From Macrostomum lignano (taxonomy: Eukaryota): a stretch of 64,000 bases of DNA. Shown here one piece after another: positions 40,449 to 52,304 of this stretch (the stretch's first letter is position 1; each line of letters starts with the position of its first letter). A program made the translations under genes and the position numbers. The notes beneath the pieces were generated by a model. The model did not search any database, was not told the DNA's origin, and worked only from the letters and a program-made list of their open reading frames with translations. The stretch lies in assembly GCA_002269645.1 (NCBI GenBank), contig NIVC01000876.1:62001-126000 (forward strand). The letters run 5' to 3'.

Positions 40449-40744
40449 ACTGTAGAGGATTTGAACCCTTGGAATCGGGAGACTGGACAGCCGCGCCCTG
40501 AGGCGAGTTCTCTAAGCCGTGTGACTTCCGAGTTGGTCACTCGGCGGATATCGAGACTGATATGGCCAGAGGCATAACTTCTTCGTGATTTTTGAACTGC
40601 TGAGTCCTTGATTGATTTTCTAAGATCCCCAGTGAAGATTTTCCCCGTTCTGCGCTCACGTAGATGAAGAAGTTCCGTGATTTTAGATACGAAATTCAAC
40701 TGAACGCTAGGCAGCTGGAACTGAGAATTTACACTTTGGAATAA

Positions 40745-43140
40745 AACTGACATTTGAGTGTCTGAAACTGACATTTGAGTGTCTGAAACTGACATTTGAG
40801 TGTCTGAAACTGACATTTGAGTGTCTGAAACTGACATTTGAGTGTCTGAAACTGACATTTGAGTGTCTGAAACTGAAATTTTAGTGTCTGAAACTGACAT
40901 TTGAGTGTCTGAAACTGAAATTTTAGTGTTTTAAACTGACATTTGAGTGTCTGAAACTGAAATTTTAGTGTTTTAAACTGACATTTGAGTGTCTTAAACT
41001 GACATTTGAGTGTCTGAAACTGACATTTGAGTGTCTGAAACTGACATTTGAGTGTCTGAAACTGAAATTTGAGTGTCTTAAACTGACATTTGAGTGTCTG
41101 AAACTGAAATTTGAGTGTCTTAAACTGACATTTGAGTGTCTGAAACTGAAATTTTAGTGTCTTAAACTGACATTTGAGTGTCTGAAACTGACATTTTAGT
41201 GTCTGGAACTGACATTTGAGTGTCTGAAACTGACATTTGAGTGTCTGAAACTGACATTTGAGTGTCTGAAACTGACATTTGAGTGTCTGACTGACATTTT
41301 AGTGTCTGAAACTGACATTTGAGTGTCTGAAACTGACATTTGAGTGTCTGAAACTGACATTTGAGTGTCTGAAACTGAAATTTTAGTGTCTGAAACTGAC
41401 ATTTGAGTGTCTGAAACTGAAATTTTAGTGTTTTAAACTGACAATTGAGTGTCTGAAACTGAAATTTTAGTGTTTTAAACTGACATTTGAGTGTCTTAAA
41501 CTGACATTTGAGTGTCTGAAACTGACATTTGAGTGTCTGAAACTGACATTTGAGTGTCTGAAACTGAAATTTGAGTGTCTTAAACTGACATTTGAGTGTC
41601 TGAAACTGAAATTTTAGTGTCTTAAACTGACATTTGAGTGTCTGAAACTGAAATTTTAGTGTCTTAAACTGACATTTGAGTGTCTGAAACTGACATTTTA
41701 GTGTCTGGAACTGACATTTGAGTGTCTGAAACTGAAATTTTAGTGTCTTAAACTGACATTTGAGTGTCTGAAACTGAAATTTTAGTATCTTAAACTGACA
41801 TTTGAGTGTCTGAAACTGAAATTTTAGTGTCTTAAACTGACATTTGAGTGTCTGAAACTGAAATTTTAGTGTCTTAAACTGACATTTAAGTGTCTGAAAC
41901 TGACATTTTAGTGTCTGAAACTGAAATTTTAGTGTCTGAAACTGAAATTTTAGTGTCTTAAACTGACATTTGAGTGTCTGAAACTGAAATTTTAGTGTCT
42001 TAAACTGACATTTGAGTGTCTGAAACTGAAATTTTAGTGTCTTAAACTGACATTTGAGTGTCTGAAACTGAAATTTTAGTGTCTTAAACTGACATTTGAG
42101 TGTCTGAAACTGAAATTTTAGTGTCTTAAACTGACATTTGAGTGTCTGAAACTGAAATTTTAGTGTCTTAAACTGACATTTAAGTGTCTGAAACTGACAT
42201 TTTAGTGTCTGAAACTGAAATTTTAGTGTCTGAAACTGAAATTTTAGTGTCTTAAACTGACATTTGAGTGTCTGAAACTGACATTTGTGTCTGGAACTGA
42301 CATTTTAGTGTCTGAAACTGACATTTTAGCGTCTGAAACTGACATTTTAGCATCTGAAGCTGACATTTGAGTGTCTGAAACTGACATTTTAGTGTCTGGA
42401 ACTGACATTTGAGTGTCTGAAACTGAAATTTGAGTGTCTTAAACTGACATTTGAGTGTCTTAAACTGACATTTGAGTGTCTGAAACTGAAATTTGAGTGT
42501 CTTAAACTGACATTTGAGTGTCTGAAACTGAAATTTTAGTGTCTTAAACTGACATTTGAGTGTCTGAAACTGAAATTTTAGTGTCTTAAACTGACATTTA
42601 AGTGTCTGAAACTGACATTTTAGTGTCTGGAACTGACATTTGAGTGTCTGAAACTGACATTTGTGTCTGGAACTGACATTTTAGTGTCTGAAACTGACAT
42701 TTTAGCGTCTGAAACTGACATTTTAGCATCTGAAGCTGACATTTGAGTGTCTGAAACTGACATTTTAGTGTCTGGAACTGACATTTGAGTGTCTGAAACT
42801 GAAATTTTAGTGTCTTAAACTGACATTTGAGTGTCTGAAACTGAAATTTGAGTGTCTTAAACTGACATTTGAGTGTCTGAAACTGAAATTTGAGTGTCTT
42901 AAACTGACATTTGAGTGTCTGAAACTGAAATTTTAGTGTCTTAAACTGACATTTGAGTGTCTGAAACTGAAATTTTAGTGTCTTAAACTGACATTTAAGT
43001 GTCTGAAACTGACATTTTAGTGTCTGGAACTGACATTTGAGTGTCTGAAACTGACATTTGTGTCTGGAACTGACATTTTAGTGTCTGAAACTGACATTTT
43101 AGCATCTGAAGCTGACAATTGAGTGTCTGAAACTGACATT
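40745..43140. repeat. 21-bp minisatellite (CTGAAACTGACATTTGAGTGT)n with higher-order structure
   Basis: Direct inspection; alternating A/B units and block duplications. Confidence 0.97.
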
Positions 43141-43834
43141 AATCGTGTTAAAATGACATTAAAATAACGAATACAGCGGACTCTTATTGGATTAATGCAC
43201 TGCAGATCAAAGGCAGTCCTACCGCTTGTATGCTATAGTTGGTAGAACAATACAGCGGAAAGAGTAGAAAGAATAGCCAGACAAGAGCCTTAATCCTCTC
43301 TATTAGCTTGGTATTGGCTGTTTACGCCTGCCTGCAACTGAGCTTGGAAATCAATAACTTCTTTTTCTGGTCCATGCTGCTGCCCCTCCTGGCACCCTGT
43401 ATTGAGGCAAGCAGACAGAGCCGGGTTGAATAAAACCTTCAGTTTGCTTCTTCAATTTGTCAGTAGGGTAGAATTGCAGATGCAAATAGCTTCTCTTTTG
43501 CTTTTTAACGACAAAGCGACATTTTTTATTGAATGGAAATTTTACAAAAGAATGCAAAATTCAAATCTCAAGATTTAGAATTGCTCTCACAGTCAAGTCC
43601 TCTCAGGCTCATGGAAAGGCCTGTCTCACTTTTTAGAAATGCGAATGATGCAGAATTAGAATGGGTTTGCGGATATTTTTTAGTGAAAATGCGTTTGGTT
43701 TAAATAGTTTGTCTTGTATTGGTGAGTGAATTCATTTATATGGACTGAAAATTATGCTTGCTACGCATTAACTCGTGAAGCTCGTAAGGGGAAGTTGGGT
43801 GGGTGAAGATGAGGTAGGTGAAGCTGGGGCCGAG

Positions 43835-44072
43835 TGAAGCTGGGGTGGGTGAAACCGGGGTGGGTGAAACCGGGGTGGGTGAAACCGGGGTGGGTGAAAC
43901 TGGGGGGGTGAAACTGGGGTGGGTGAAACTGGGGAGGGTGAAACCGGGGTGGGTGAAACCGAGGGTGGGTGAAACCGAGGGTGGGTGAAACCGGGGTGGG
44001 TGAAACCGGGGTGGGTGAAACCGGGGTGGGTGAAACCGGGGTGGGTGAAACCGGAGTGGGTGAAACCGGGGT
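43835..44072. repeat. 15-bp minisatellite (GGGGTGGGTGAAACC)n
   Basis: Direct inspection. Confidence 0.93.
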
Positions 44073-44644
44073 GGGCCCCTTAGCCCCGCTTCATGCATGC
44101 AATGTAGAATAAAGCTACTCGTTGTAAGAATTTTAAGAAAAAAAAGAATTATTTTTACTTTCCCTAAACCTAACATTCGAGACCCCACACCCCAGACTCC
44201 AGAGCCCAAACCCCAATCCCTATACCCCAGACCCCAGACCCCACATCTCACAACCACACCCCACACGCCGGACCCCACACTTCAGACTAGAAATCCCACA
44301 CCGCTTACCACACCCTCCTCTCCCTGACTTCAGTCTGAAAACTGCAGCAACGCAGTCAGGGGAGCTCAGTGAACTTTATTTTATTTACTCAACCCAACAG
44401 CCTGGCAGTCCCCTCTCGCGCCACTTCACTGAAACTGCAATTTTGGTTGAGCGAGCTGCCTGCAGTCCTCTGGCGGGGGGGCAGATTTTCTTGACGTTTA
44501 TAGCAAGGACAGAAATTGAAACTGAGTTAGTCTTCTGAATCGGAGCGAAACTTTATAATTAATAGAGATTTCGTTTCAAGGGATGTTTCAATTGCAGGAC
44601 TTATTTAGCATTCTCAGAAAGCTAGTATAGGATAGAAGTAAAAA

Positions 44645-45108
44645 AAGAGTGAAAATGGGGGCGTGAAAATCGAGGAGTGAAACTGGGAGAGTTAAAATCA
44701 GGGAGTGAAACTGTTAGTGAAAATAGGAGAGTAAAAATTGAGGAGTGAAACTGTGAGTGAAAATGGGAGAGTGAAAATCGGGGAGTGAAAATGGGGGAGT
44801 GAAAATGGGGGAGTGAAAATGGGGGAGTGAAAATGGTGGAGTGAAAATGGGGGCGTGAAAATCGAGGAGTGAAACTGGGAGAGTTAAAATCAGGGAGTGA
44901 AACTGTTAGTGAAAATGGGAGAGTAAAAATTGAGGAGTGAAACTGTGAGTGAAAATGGGAGAGTGAAAATGGGGGAGTGAAAATGGGGGAGTGAAAATTG
45001 AAGAGTGAAACTTGGAGTGAAAATGGGAGAGTGAAAATCGGGGAGTGAAAATCGAGGAGTGAAACTGGGAGTGAAACTGGGAGTGAAAATAGCGACATGG
45101 TGAAAATG
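44645..45108. repeat. Degenerate ~14-bp minisatellite (GGGGGAGTGAAAAT)n
   Basis: Direct inspection. Confidence 0.9.
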
Positions 45109-45630
45109 GAGTGCCTGTAAATTGTAAATTTCCCGAACTAGCGCCCCATTCGACTGAAATCCTCTGCATGAGAATCACCCTCACATGATGACCAACCTCG
45201 AACTTGGGTGTTTAGTCGGTAGTCTGAAAGTTGAGCAGCATCAAATCAAATGAAAAAATCCTAAAACTCAGCTACACTGAATCGCTGCTCATAGCTTGAA
45301 GTGAGACAAGAGTTGGTAGATCAAACGCCTTGAGTTACATGTAGAAGTTTCTGTCTCTAAGAGTCTAAGAAGCCGCCTCTCGAACAAAATACAGTGCTCA
45401 AGCTGACTCAATATGATTTATTAGCTTTGCTATAGAATTTGAATCGAGGGTTCACAGCTCCGGGACCTCGGGTGGGTGTCCAGTTCTGTGAGTTGCAGGT
45501 GCTTTCAACTGGCTCAAGCTTTGCTAGAGAAATGAGCTTCCTAAGGAGATCAGCGAGCAGAGAAACTTCTCGGAAAGTAAAATTGGACTAAATGAATAAA
45601 TAGAGAGGGTGAAGCTGGGGTTGGTGAAGC

Positions 45631-46964
45631 CGTGCCATCACAGGTGCGTACCCGTCCACCCCTTACGAGGGGCTGAACACTATCCTTAACCTACCTCCGC
45701 TTCACCTATTTATTAGGGCGGAGGCTATGAAGTCTGCCTCCCGGCTTATCAGAGATAAAACGTTAAATAACGCACCCTCTGGCTTTATGCCAATGAAAAC
45801 ATTAATCCCGCATATGGACTTTGTCCGCCGCGACCTCAACAACATCCACATGGACCTGGGCAATGTGGATAGTCGACCTCCCGCCCTCAACATCAGGAGG
45901 GGCTTCAAGACCGCCATCCCTGGCCGAGACAATCTTCCGCTGGATGTCGGTGTGAACCGGCGCAGCCAGGGCATTCACTGCTTCACCGACGGCTCGCTGT
46001 TCAACGGCCGCGCTGGAGCGGGTATTGCCATTTTCCACGAGGGTAAGATGCTTTTCCAGGAAAGTCTGCACCTCGGTGAGAACACCTCAGTTTTCCAAGC
46101 TGAAATTTGCGCCATTGAGCAGTGTGCCCAGCAACTGCTTCAGGCGAACATTAATAACTTTGACATTAATTTCTACACTGATAGCCAAGCTGCTATTAAG
46201 GCCTTAACCACTGAGAATATCTCCGCTGCTACAGTATCTCAATGCCACCGCAGTGTGCAATCTCTCTCAGTCCTTAACAGGATTAGAATTATCTGGACAC
46301 CTGGTCACAGCAACATCCTGGGCAACGAGCTCGCGGACTCTCTCGCCAAGGAGGGCAGCAACCCAGACGGCAACCACCGTCTGATGAGGCTACCCACCCC
46401 CAGGTCGCAAGTCACCCGCCATATCAACAGGTGGCTCCATCAGCAGCACCAGCTCCACTGGAACAGCTGCACCGAGTACAGGCAGAGCCGCTCTGCCATG
46501 CCTAACCTGAACAGGAAAGTCTCTGATTATCTGATTTCGCTTAACAGAACCGACCTCAGGGAGATGTGCATGGTCCTATCCGGCCATGGATTCTTCCAGA
46601 GACATATATCGTTGCAAACCGGTTGCCCTCCCACCTGTCCCTTCTGTGGCATAGGAGAGGAGACCGCGGAGCATCACGTCACCTTCTGCCCTTACTTCAA
46701 CAAGGCGCGGCACAAATACCTCGGCCACCCCCAGCGGATGGACGAGCTGACCACCGCGGACAATATCCGAGACCTCCGCGCCTTCGTCCGGGACTCCGGC
46801 CGGATGAGGGTCGCCGATGCCTCCACCGCGGACCTGCCGACTACTGGCGGGGACTGGGCGCACCCCCAAGGCTAATCCTTGTGCTCTTTTACCTTGGGGT
46901 TGCGATAGGGGCCTCGCGGCCTGTTCGCGGCGCCTGCGCCCCCCGTCAGTAGTAAGTAAGTAAG
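45631..46964 (+). mobile_element. Young 5'-truncated non-LTR retrotransposon (RNase H-bearing, R1/LOA/I/Tad-like)
   Basis: Open frame from 45631 to TAA at 46875. It encodes [26 protein letters not shown] (RT connection), RNase H with intact FTDGS/QAEICAI/YTDSQ/WTPGH/GNELAD, and [19 protein letters not shown] knuckle. Short GC-rich 3'UTR, AGTAGTAAGTAAGTAAG tail, and TSD TGGGGTTGGTGAAGC at 45616-45630 and 46965-46979. Confidence 0.93.
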
Positions 46965-46980
46965 TGGGGTTGGTGAAGCT

Positions 46981-48030
46981 GGGGTGGGTGAAACTGTGAA
47001 TGGGTGAAACTGTGAATGGGTAAAACTGTGAATGGGTGAGACTGTGAATGGGTGAAATTGTGAATGGGCGAAACTGTGAATGGGTGAAACTGTGAATGGG
47101 TGAAACTGTGAATGGGTGAAACTGTGAATGGGTGAAACTGTGAATGGGCGAAACTGTGAATGGGCGAAACTGTGAATGGGCGAAACTGTGAATGGGTGAA
47201 ACTGTGAATGGGTGAAACTGTGAATGGGCGAAACTGTGAATGAGTAAAACTGTGAATGGGTGAAACTGTGAATGGGTGAAACTGTGAATGGGTGAAACTG
47301 TGAATGGGTGAAACTGTGAATGGGTGAAACTGTGAATGGGCGAAACTGTGAATGGGTGAAACTGTGAATGGGTGAAACTGTGAATGGGTGAAACTGTGAA
47401 TGGGTGAAACTGTGAATGGGTGAAACTGTGAATGGGTGAAACTGCGAATGGGTGAAACTGTGAATGGAAGAAACTGTGAATGAGTAAAACTGTGAATGGG
47501 TGAAACTGTGAATGGGTGAAACTGTGAATGGGTGAAACTGTGAATGGGTGAAACTGTGAATGGGTGAACTGTGAATGGGTGAAACTGTGAATGGGTGAAA
47601 CTGTGAATGGGTGAACTGTGAATGGGTGAAACTGTGAATGGGTGAAACTGTGAATGGGTGAAACTGTGAATGGGTGAAACTGTGAATGGGTGAAACTGTG
47701 AATGGGCGAAACTGTGAATGGGTGAAACTGTGAATGGGTGAAACTGTGAATGGGTGAAACTGCGAATGGGTGAAACTGTGAATGGGTGAAACTGTGAATG
47801 GGTGAAACTGTGAATGGGTGAAACTGTGAATGGGTGAAACTGTGAATGGGTGAAACTGTGAATGGGCGAAACTGTGAATGGGCGAAACTGTGAATGGGTG
47901 AAACTGTGAATGGGTGAAACTGTGAATGGGTGAAACTGTGAATGGGTGAAACTGTGAATGGGCGAAACTGTGAATGGGCGAAACTGTGAATGGGTGAAAC
48001 TGTGAATGGGTGAAACTGTGAATGTGTGAA
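46981..48030. repeat. 16-bp minisatellite (GGGTGAAACTGTGAAT)n
   Basis: Direct inspection; begins immediately after the LINE target-site duplication. Confidence 0.96.
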
Positions 48031-48358
48031 GCCGGGGTGGGCGCCGCCGCCAAAAAATAAAACTCTACATAAAAATGACATTAAAAGGACGGGTCACAGA
48101 AAAGGCACTGTGGTTTAGTTTCTGTGTGTTCTAGGAATCGCAGAGCCGTATATTCGATAAATAATTTTATTTGAAAGTTTTTGAAAAAAAAATTTGAGCA
48201 TAGTGAATATCCACAAAATCAACAGATGGAGTACTTTTTAGGAAGATAAAGTTTCTGAAGTCGTGTGTGAGAGCACTACAACTATACTACTTATCGAAGA
48301 GATCATGTACTACTTATCACCTCTTAAATTGATTTCACGGTTTGTCCTGATCAGTGAA

Positions 48359-48490
48359 TCATTTGTTTTCACCAATGCTGAGCATCCTGTCCCTCTCCAG
48401 CTTCTCCCGCTCCATCGTGTCGCGGTCCCTGGCCAGCTCCAGCCGCTTGCCCTCCAGCCGCAGGTAGGCCTCCTCCCGCTCCGCCGTCAG
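48359..48490 (-). CDS. Uncharacterised coiled-coil protein, exon 9 (probably terminal)
   Basis: TTTTTCCACAG|CTG gives LTAEREEAYLRLEGKRLELARDRDTMEREKLERDRMLSIGENK*. TGA at 48359-48361; a further splice at ATTG|GTGAAA cannot be excluded. Confidence 0.75.
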   Translation of the reverse strand: MTAEREEAYLRLEGKRLELARDRDTMEREKLERDRMLSIGENK

Positions 48491-48601
48491 CTGTGGAAAA
48501 ACGGGTCGACTGTTAAATACGCACTCAAACTACTTATTCGATAAGTAGCTTGTACGAATTTTTCTGCATTTTGTAAAAAAATACAAAAAGTGGCAACTCA
48601 C

Positions 48602-48829
48602 CGAGTCCAGCCGGGACTGGTGCCGCAGCAGCTCCTCCTCCAGCTGGCGGGCCTCTCGGTTGCTGGCCGCCAGCCGCTGCAGCGACTCGCTGGCGCCACG
48701 GCCGCGGGCTCGGCGGAGCTGCGCGGCCAGCCGCCGGACCTGCTGCTCCTCGTCCTGCCGACTGGCCTCCGTGGATCGAACTCGCTGGTACAGAGACGCC
48801 TCCTCGTCCTCCAGCTTGGACACCACTCG
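48602..48829 (-). CDS. Uncharacterised coiled-coil protein, exon 8
   Basis: AATCAG|CGA gives RVVSKLEDEEASLYQRV...LEEELLRHQSRLDS. Donor TCG|GTGAGT, phase 0. Confidence 0.82.
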
Positions 48830-48849
48830 CTGATTTGGAGTAAGCAACA

Positions 48850-48997
48850 TTTCGATACATATCGGTGAGATTCACAGCTACTTTCGATACATATCGGTGA
48901 GATTGATAGCTACTTTCGATACATATCGGTGAGAGTCATAGAGCTACTTTCGATACATATCGGTGAGATTCACAGAGCTACTTTCGATACATATCGG
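48850..48997. repeat. 31-34-bp minisatellite with TTTCGATACATATCGG core, 5 copies
   Basis: Copies at 48851, 48882, 48914, 48948 and 48982. Confidence 0.92.
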
Positions 48998-49024
48998 GAA
49001 AAAGACCAGACGTCAGCTACGCAC

Positions 49025-49409
49025 CTGGAAGTGTCGTAGCGCCTCGTCGTGATCCGCCCGCTGCGCCGCCGCTGCCCGCTGCTGCGCCCGTTCCGCGTAC
49101 GTCGCCTCGCTCTCATCGGCCCGCTCGCGTCGTTCCGACATCTGCTCCTCAGTCTGCTGTCGGCGTCGGTCGCGCGCCTCATCGACGCGCTGTTCAACTC
49201 GCACCCGTCGCCTGTCCGTGTCGGCCAGCTGGAGCTCCTTGTCCAGCTGGCGCTGCCGCCGAGTCTCCATGTTGAGCGCGGTGCGCGTGTCGATGAGCTC
49301 TCGATCGTCTTGGCGCTTCTTGGCGTCGAGTCGCTCGTTGCGATTGGCGAGCTCGGCGGAGAGCCGGCGCTGCTGCATCACCGACGCCTTCTGGTCGTCG
49401 GAGCCGTGC
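49025..49409 (-). CDS. Uncharacterised coiled-coil protein, exon 7
   Basis: TTCCAG|G in phase 2 gives HGSDDQKASVMQQRRLSAELANRNERL...DEALRHFQ. Donor CAG|GTGCGT, phase 0. Confidence 0.82.
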
Positions 49410-49464
49410 CTGGAAGCGGCGAGGTTGGTTTGGAGCATTGGAAGGGCGTTTAAAAGGGCGTAAA

Positions 49465-50068
49465 TTAGGTGTTTCTGAGGCGCCGATTTGATTGTTTATG
49501 AGGCGCCGATTTAGGTGTTTATGAGGCACCGATTTGGGTGTTTATGAGGCGCCTGAGGCGCCGATTTGGGTGTTTATGAGGCGCCGATTTGGGTGTTTAT
49601 GAGGCGCCGATTTGGGTGTTTATGAGGCGCCGATTTGGGTGTTTATGAGGCGCCGATTTGGGTGTTTAGGAGGCGCCGATTTGAGTGCTTATGAGGCGCC
49701 GATTTGGGTGTTTATGAGGCACCGATTTGGGTGTTTAGGAGGCACCGATTTGGGTGTTTATGAGGCGCCGATTTGGGTGTTTATGAGGCGCCGATTTGGG
49801 TGTTTATGAGGCGCCGATTTGGGTGTTTATGAGGCGCCGATTTGGGTGTTTATGAGGCGCCGATTTGAGTGTTTATGAGGCGCCGATTTGGGTGTTTATG
49901 AGGCGCCGATTTGGGTGTTTATGAGGCGCCGATTTGGGTGTTTATGAGGCGCCGATTTGGGTGTTTATGAGGCGCCGATTTGGGTGTTTATGAGGCGCCG
50001 ATTTGGGTGTTTATGAGGCGCCGATTTGGGTGTTTATGAGGCGCCGATTTGGGTGTTTAGGAGGCACC
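49465..50068. repeat. 23-bp minisatellite (TTTATGAGGCGCCGATTTGGGTG)n
   Basis: Direct inspection. Confidence 0.96.
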
Positions 50069-50539
50069 GAATTTGATCATTGCGGACCGCTAAATTTTGC
50101 GTCTACGAGCTACAAATAGGAGCGCCGAAAAGCGTTCACAGTGAGCAGTGAAATGTGCATTTGTTACAGAAGCCAGCAATATTTCCTGTGTCACAGATTT
50201 TTGCGAACAAACACAGTTATAAAATGGCACTTGTTGAGAGAATCTCTTCAAAAAGCAATGCGACGTACGAAAGCTTGAGAAGATCTGAAAGTGCCCATGC
50301 GGAGCGGAAATTAATTGTTTGACAGCTCTGCTAGAAGAGAACTTCTCGCAAACCTACGGGCCTGTTCTCAGACCGAAAGTAGCAAGTTGTTAGAGTTGGA
50401 CTCAAATTGCAACCTCTCCGCTTGGGGTGGCGTTGGAGACGGTTTGAAATTCGATTGCGCACTGCCTGCACAGCTCTTTGAAATATTGAATTTGAGGTCA
50501 TTTTTCAGCAATGTAATGAGTTAAGCACGGGGTGCGTGC

Positions 50540-50865
50540 GCTCTCTCCTTCATCTCCTCTCTCACCTCTCACTTATCTCCTCTCTCACCTCTCACTTATC
50601 TCCTCTCTCACCTCTCACTTATCTCCTCTCAAACCTCTCACTTATCTCCTCTCTCACCTCTTCCTCATTTCCTCTCTCACCTCTCCTTCATCACCTCTCT
50701 CACCTCTGCCTCATCTCCTCTTATTTCTCCATCATCTCCTCTTACCTCTCTCTCATCTCCTCCTACCTCTCCCTCATCTCCTCTCTCACCTCTGCCTCAT
50801 CTCCTATCTAACCTCTGCCTCATCTCCTCTCTCACCTCTCACTCATCTCTTCTCACCTCACCTCC
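50540..50865. repeat. CT-rich degenerate repeat
   Basis: Direct inspection. Confidence 0.85.
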
Positions 50866-50924
50866 CATTGTATCCGTTCTCATTTCTAGCCTTCAAGTAG
50901 ATTTTATATTCTGCAGCCACTCAC

Positions 50925-51206
50925 TTCAGCTGCTCTTCGACGCTCGTCTCCTCCTCGCGGTCCTGGCGCACTTTCTCCTTCTCGCCCAGCTGTCTCTGCC
51001 GCAGCTGCTGCAGGCTGAGCTCCCGGCCCTTGATAGCTTCCATGCCCAGGTCGTCTCCGAGCTCTCTGAGCTCCCGCAGCAGAGCCTCCTCCTGCTCACG
51101 TTTCAACCGCAACCGCTTCTCGTAGTCGGCCATCAGGCGGTCCACCTCCAGCCGCTTCAGCTGCAGCGAGTCGAGCTTGGCGCGGTACTGGCGGGACAGG
51201 CTGAGG
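50925..51206 (-). CDS. Uncharacterised coiled-coil protein, exon 6
   Basis: CCGCAG|C in phase 2 gives LSLSRQYRAKLDSLQLKRLEVDRLMADYEKRLRLKREQEEALL...EEQL. Donor AA|GTGAGT, phase 2. Confidence 0.82.
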
Positions 51207-51219
51207 CTGCGGAGGTTTT

Positions 51220-51900
51220 GGGTGAAGCGGGGGGTCGGATTGCTAATTATGACACCTTGGATAAAGGTGAGCCAGACGGGATGTGTTTAGGGGGGGGGGG
51301 TCGGATCGCTAATTATAACACCTTGGATAAAGGTGAGCCAGACGGGAGGGAGGTGTTTGGGGGGGGGGGTCGGATCGCTAATTATAACACATTGGATAAA
51401 GGTGAGACAGACGGGATGTGTTTAGGGGGTCGGATCGCTAATTATGACACCTTGGATAAAGGTGAGCCAGACGGGAGGGAGGTGTTTGGGGGGGGGGGTC
51501 GGATCGCTAATTATAACACCTTGGATAAAGGTGAGCCAGACGGGAGGGAGGTGTTTGGGGGGGGGGTCGGATCGCTAATTATAACACCTTGGATAAAGGT
51601 GAGCCAGACGGGAGGGAGGTGTTTGGGGGGGGTCGGATCGCTAATTATAACACCTTGGATAAAGGTGAGCCAGACGGGAGGGAGGTGTTTGGGGGGGGGG
51701 TCGGATTGCTAATTATAACACCTTGGATAAAGGTGAGCCAGACGGGAGGGAGGTGTTTGGGGGGGGGTCGGATCGCTAATTATAACACCTTGGATAAAGG
51801 TGAGCCAGACGGGAGGGAGGTGTTTGGGGGGGGGTCGGATCGCTAATTATAACACCTTGGATAAAGGTGAGCCAGACGGGGTGTTTGGGGGGGGGATCGC
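51220..51900. repeat. ~62-64-bp minisatellite with poly-G run, about 11 copies
   Basis: Unit GnTCGGATCGCTAATTATAACACCTTGGATAAAGGTGAGCCAGACGGGAGGGAGGTGTTT. Confidence 0.94.
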
Positions 51901-51965
51901 TAGTTAATTATGGTTAGAGCAATACATTTTTATTGTAAGATTTTAAGAAAATCACCCGCGCTCAC

Positions 51966-52045
51966 CTCTTGTTCATGACTTTCCTGCCCGAGTTCAAGTC
52001 CTCCTCCCTCTGTTGCAGTGCCTCCTGCATGCGCTGGTGCACCAG
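51966..52045 (-). CDS. Uncharacterised coiled-coil protein, exon 5
   Basis: CTCCAG|CTG gives LVHQRMQEALQQREEDLNSGRKVMNK. Donor AG|GTGAG, phase 2. Confidence 0.78.
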
Positions 52046-52152
52046 CTGGAGTTTTGAGAGAGAGGGTGTGATGGCTGCTGTCAAAGTGTGCATTTGTGGC
52101 TACAGGAGTCCAAAGTCTTTCAAAAGCTGAAGTGAAATCTGTATTTTCTCAC

Positions 52153-52250
52153 GGTGGTCAATTTGTGCTGATGGTCCCGCTTGATCTCGGTGTACCGCTC
52201 CATGCCCCTGTTCAGTCGCTGGTTCTCCGTCTGCTGCTGCCGGTCATTCT
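52153..52250 (-). CDS. Uncharacterised coiled-coil protein, exon 4
   Basis: CTTAAG|AG in phase 1 gives ENDRQQQTENQRLNRGMERYTEIKRDHQHKLTT. Donor ACC|GTGAGA, phase 0. Confidence 0.75.
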
Positions 52251-52304
52251 CTTAAGTAAGGGTTCATATTAAGGGTTAATAGTTCATTGCAGCCTACCAA
52301 AGGA

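Noticed and set aside
46576-48081. 501-aa and 393-aa minus-strand ORFs (HSFTHSQFHPFTVSPI)
   Set aside because: Translations of the 16-bp minisatellite plus the antisense strand of the LINE.
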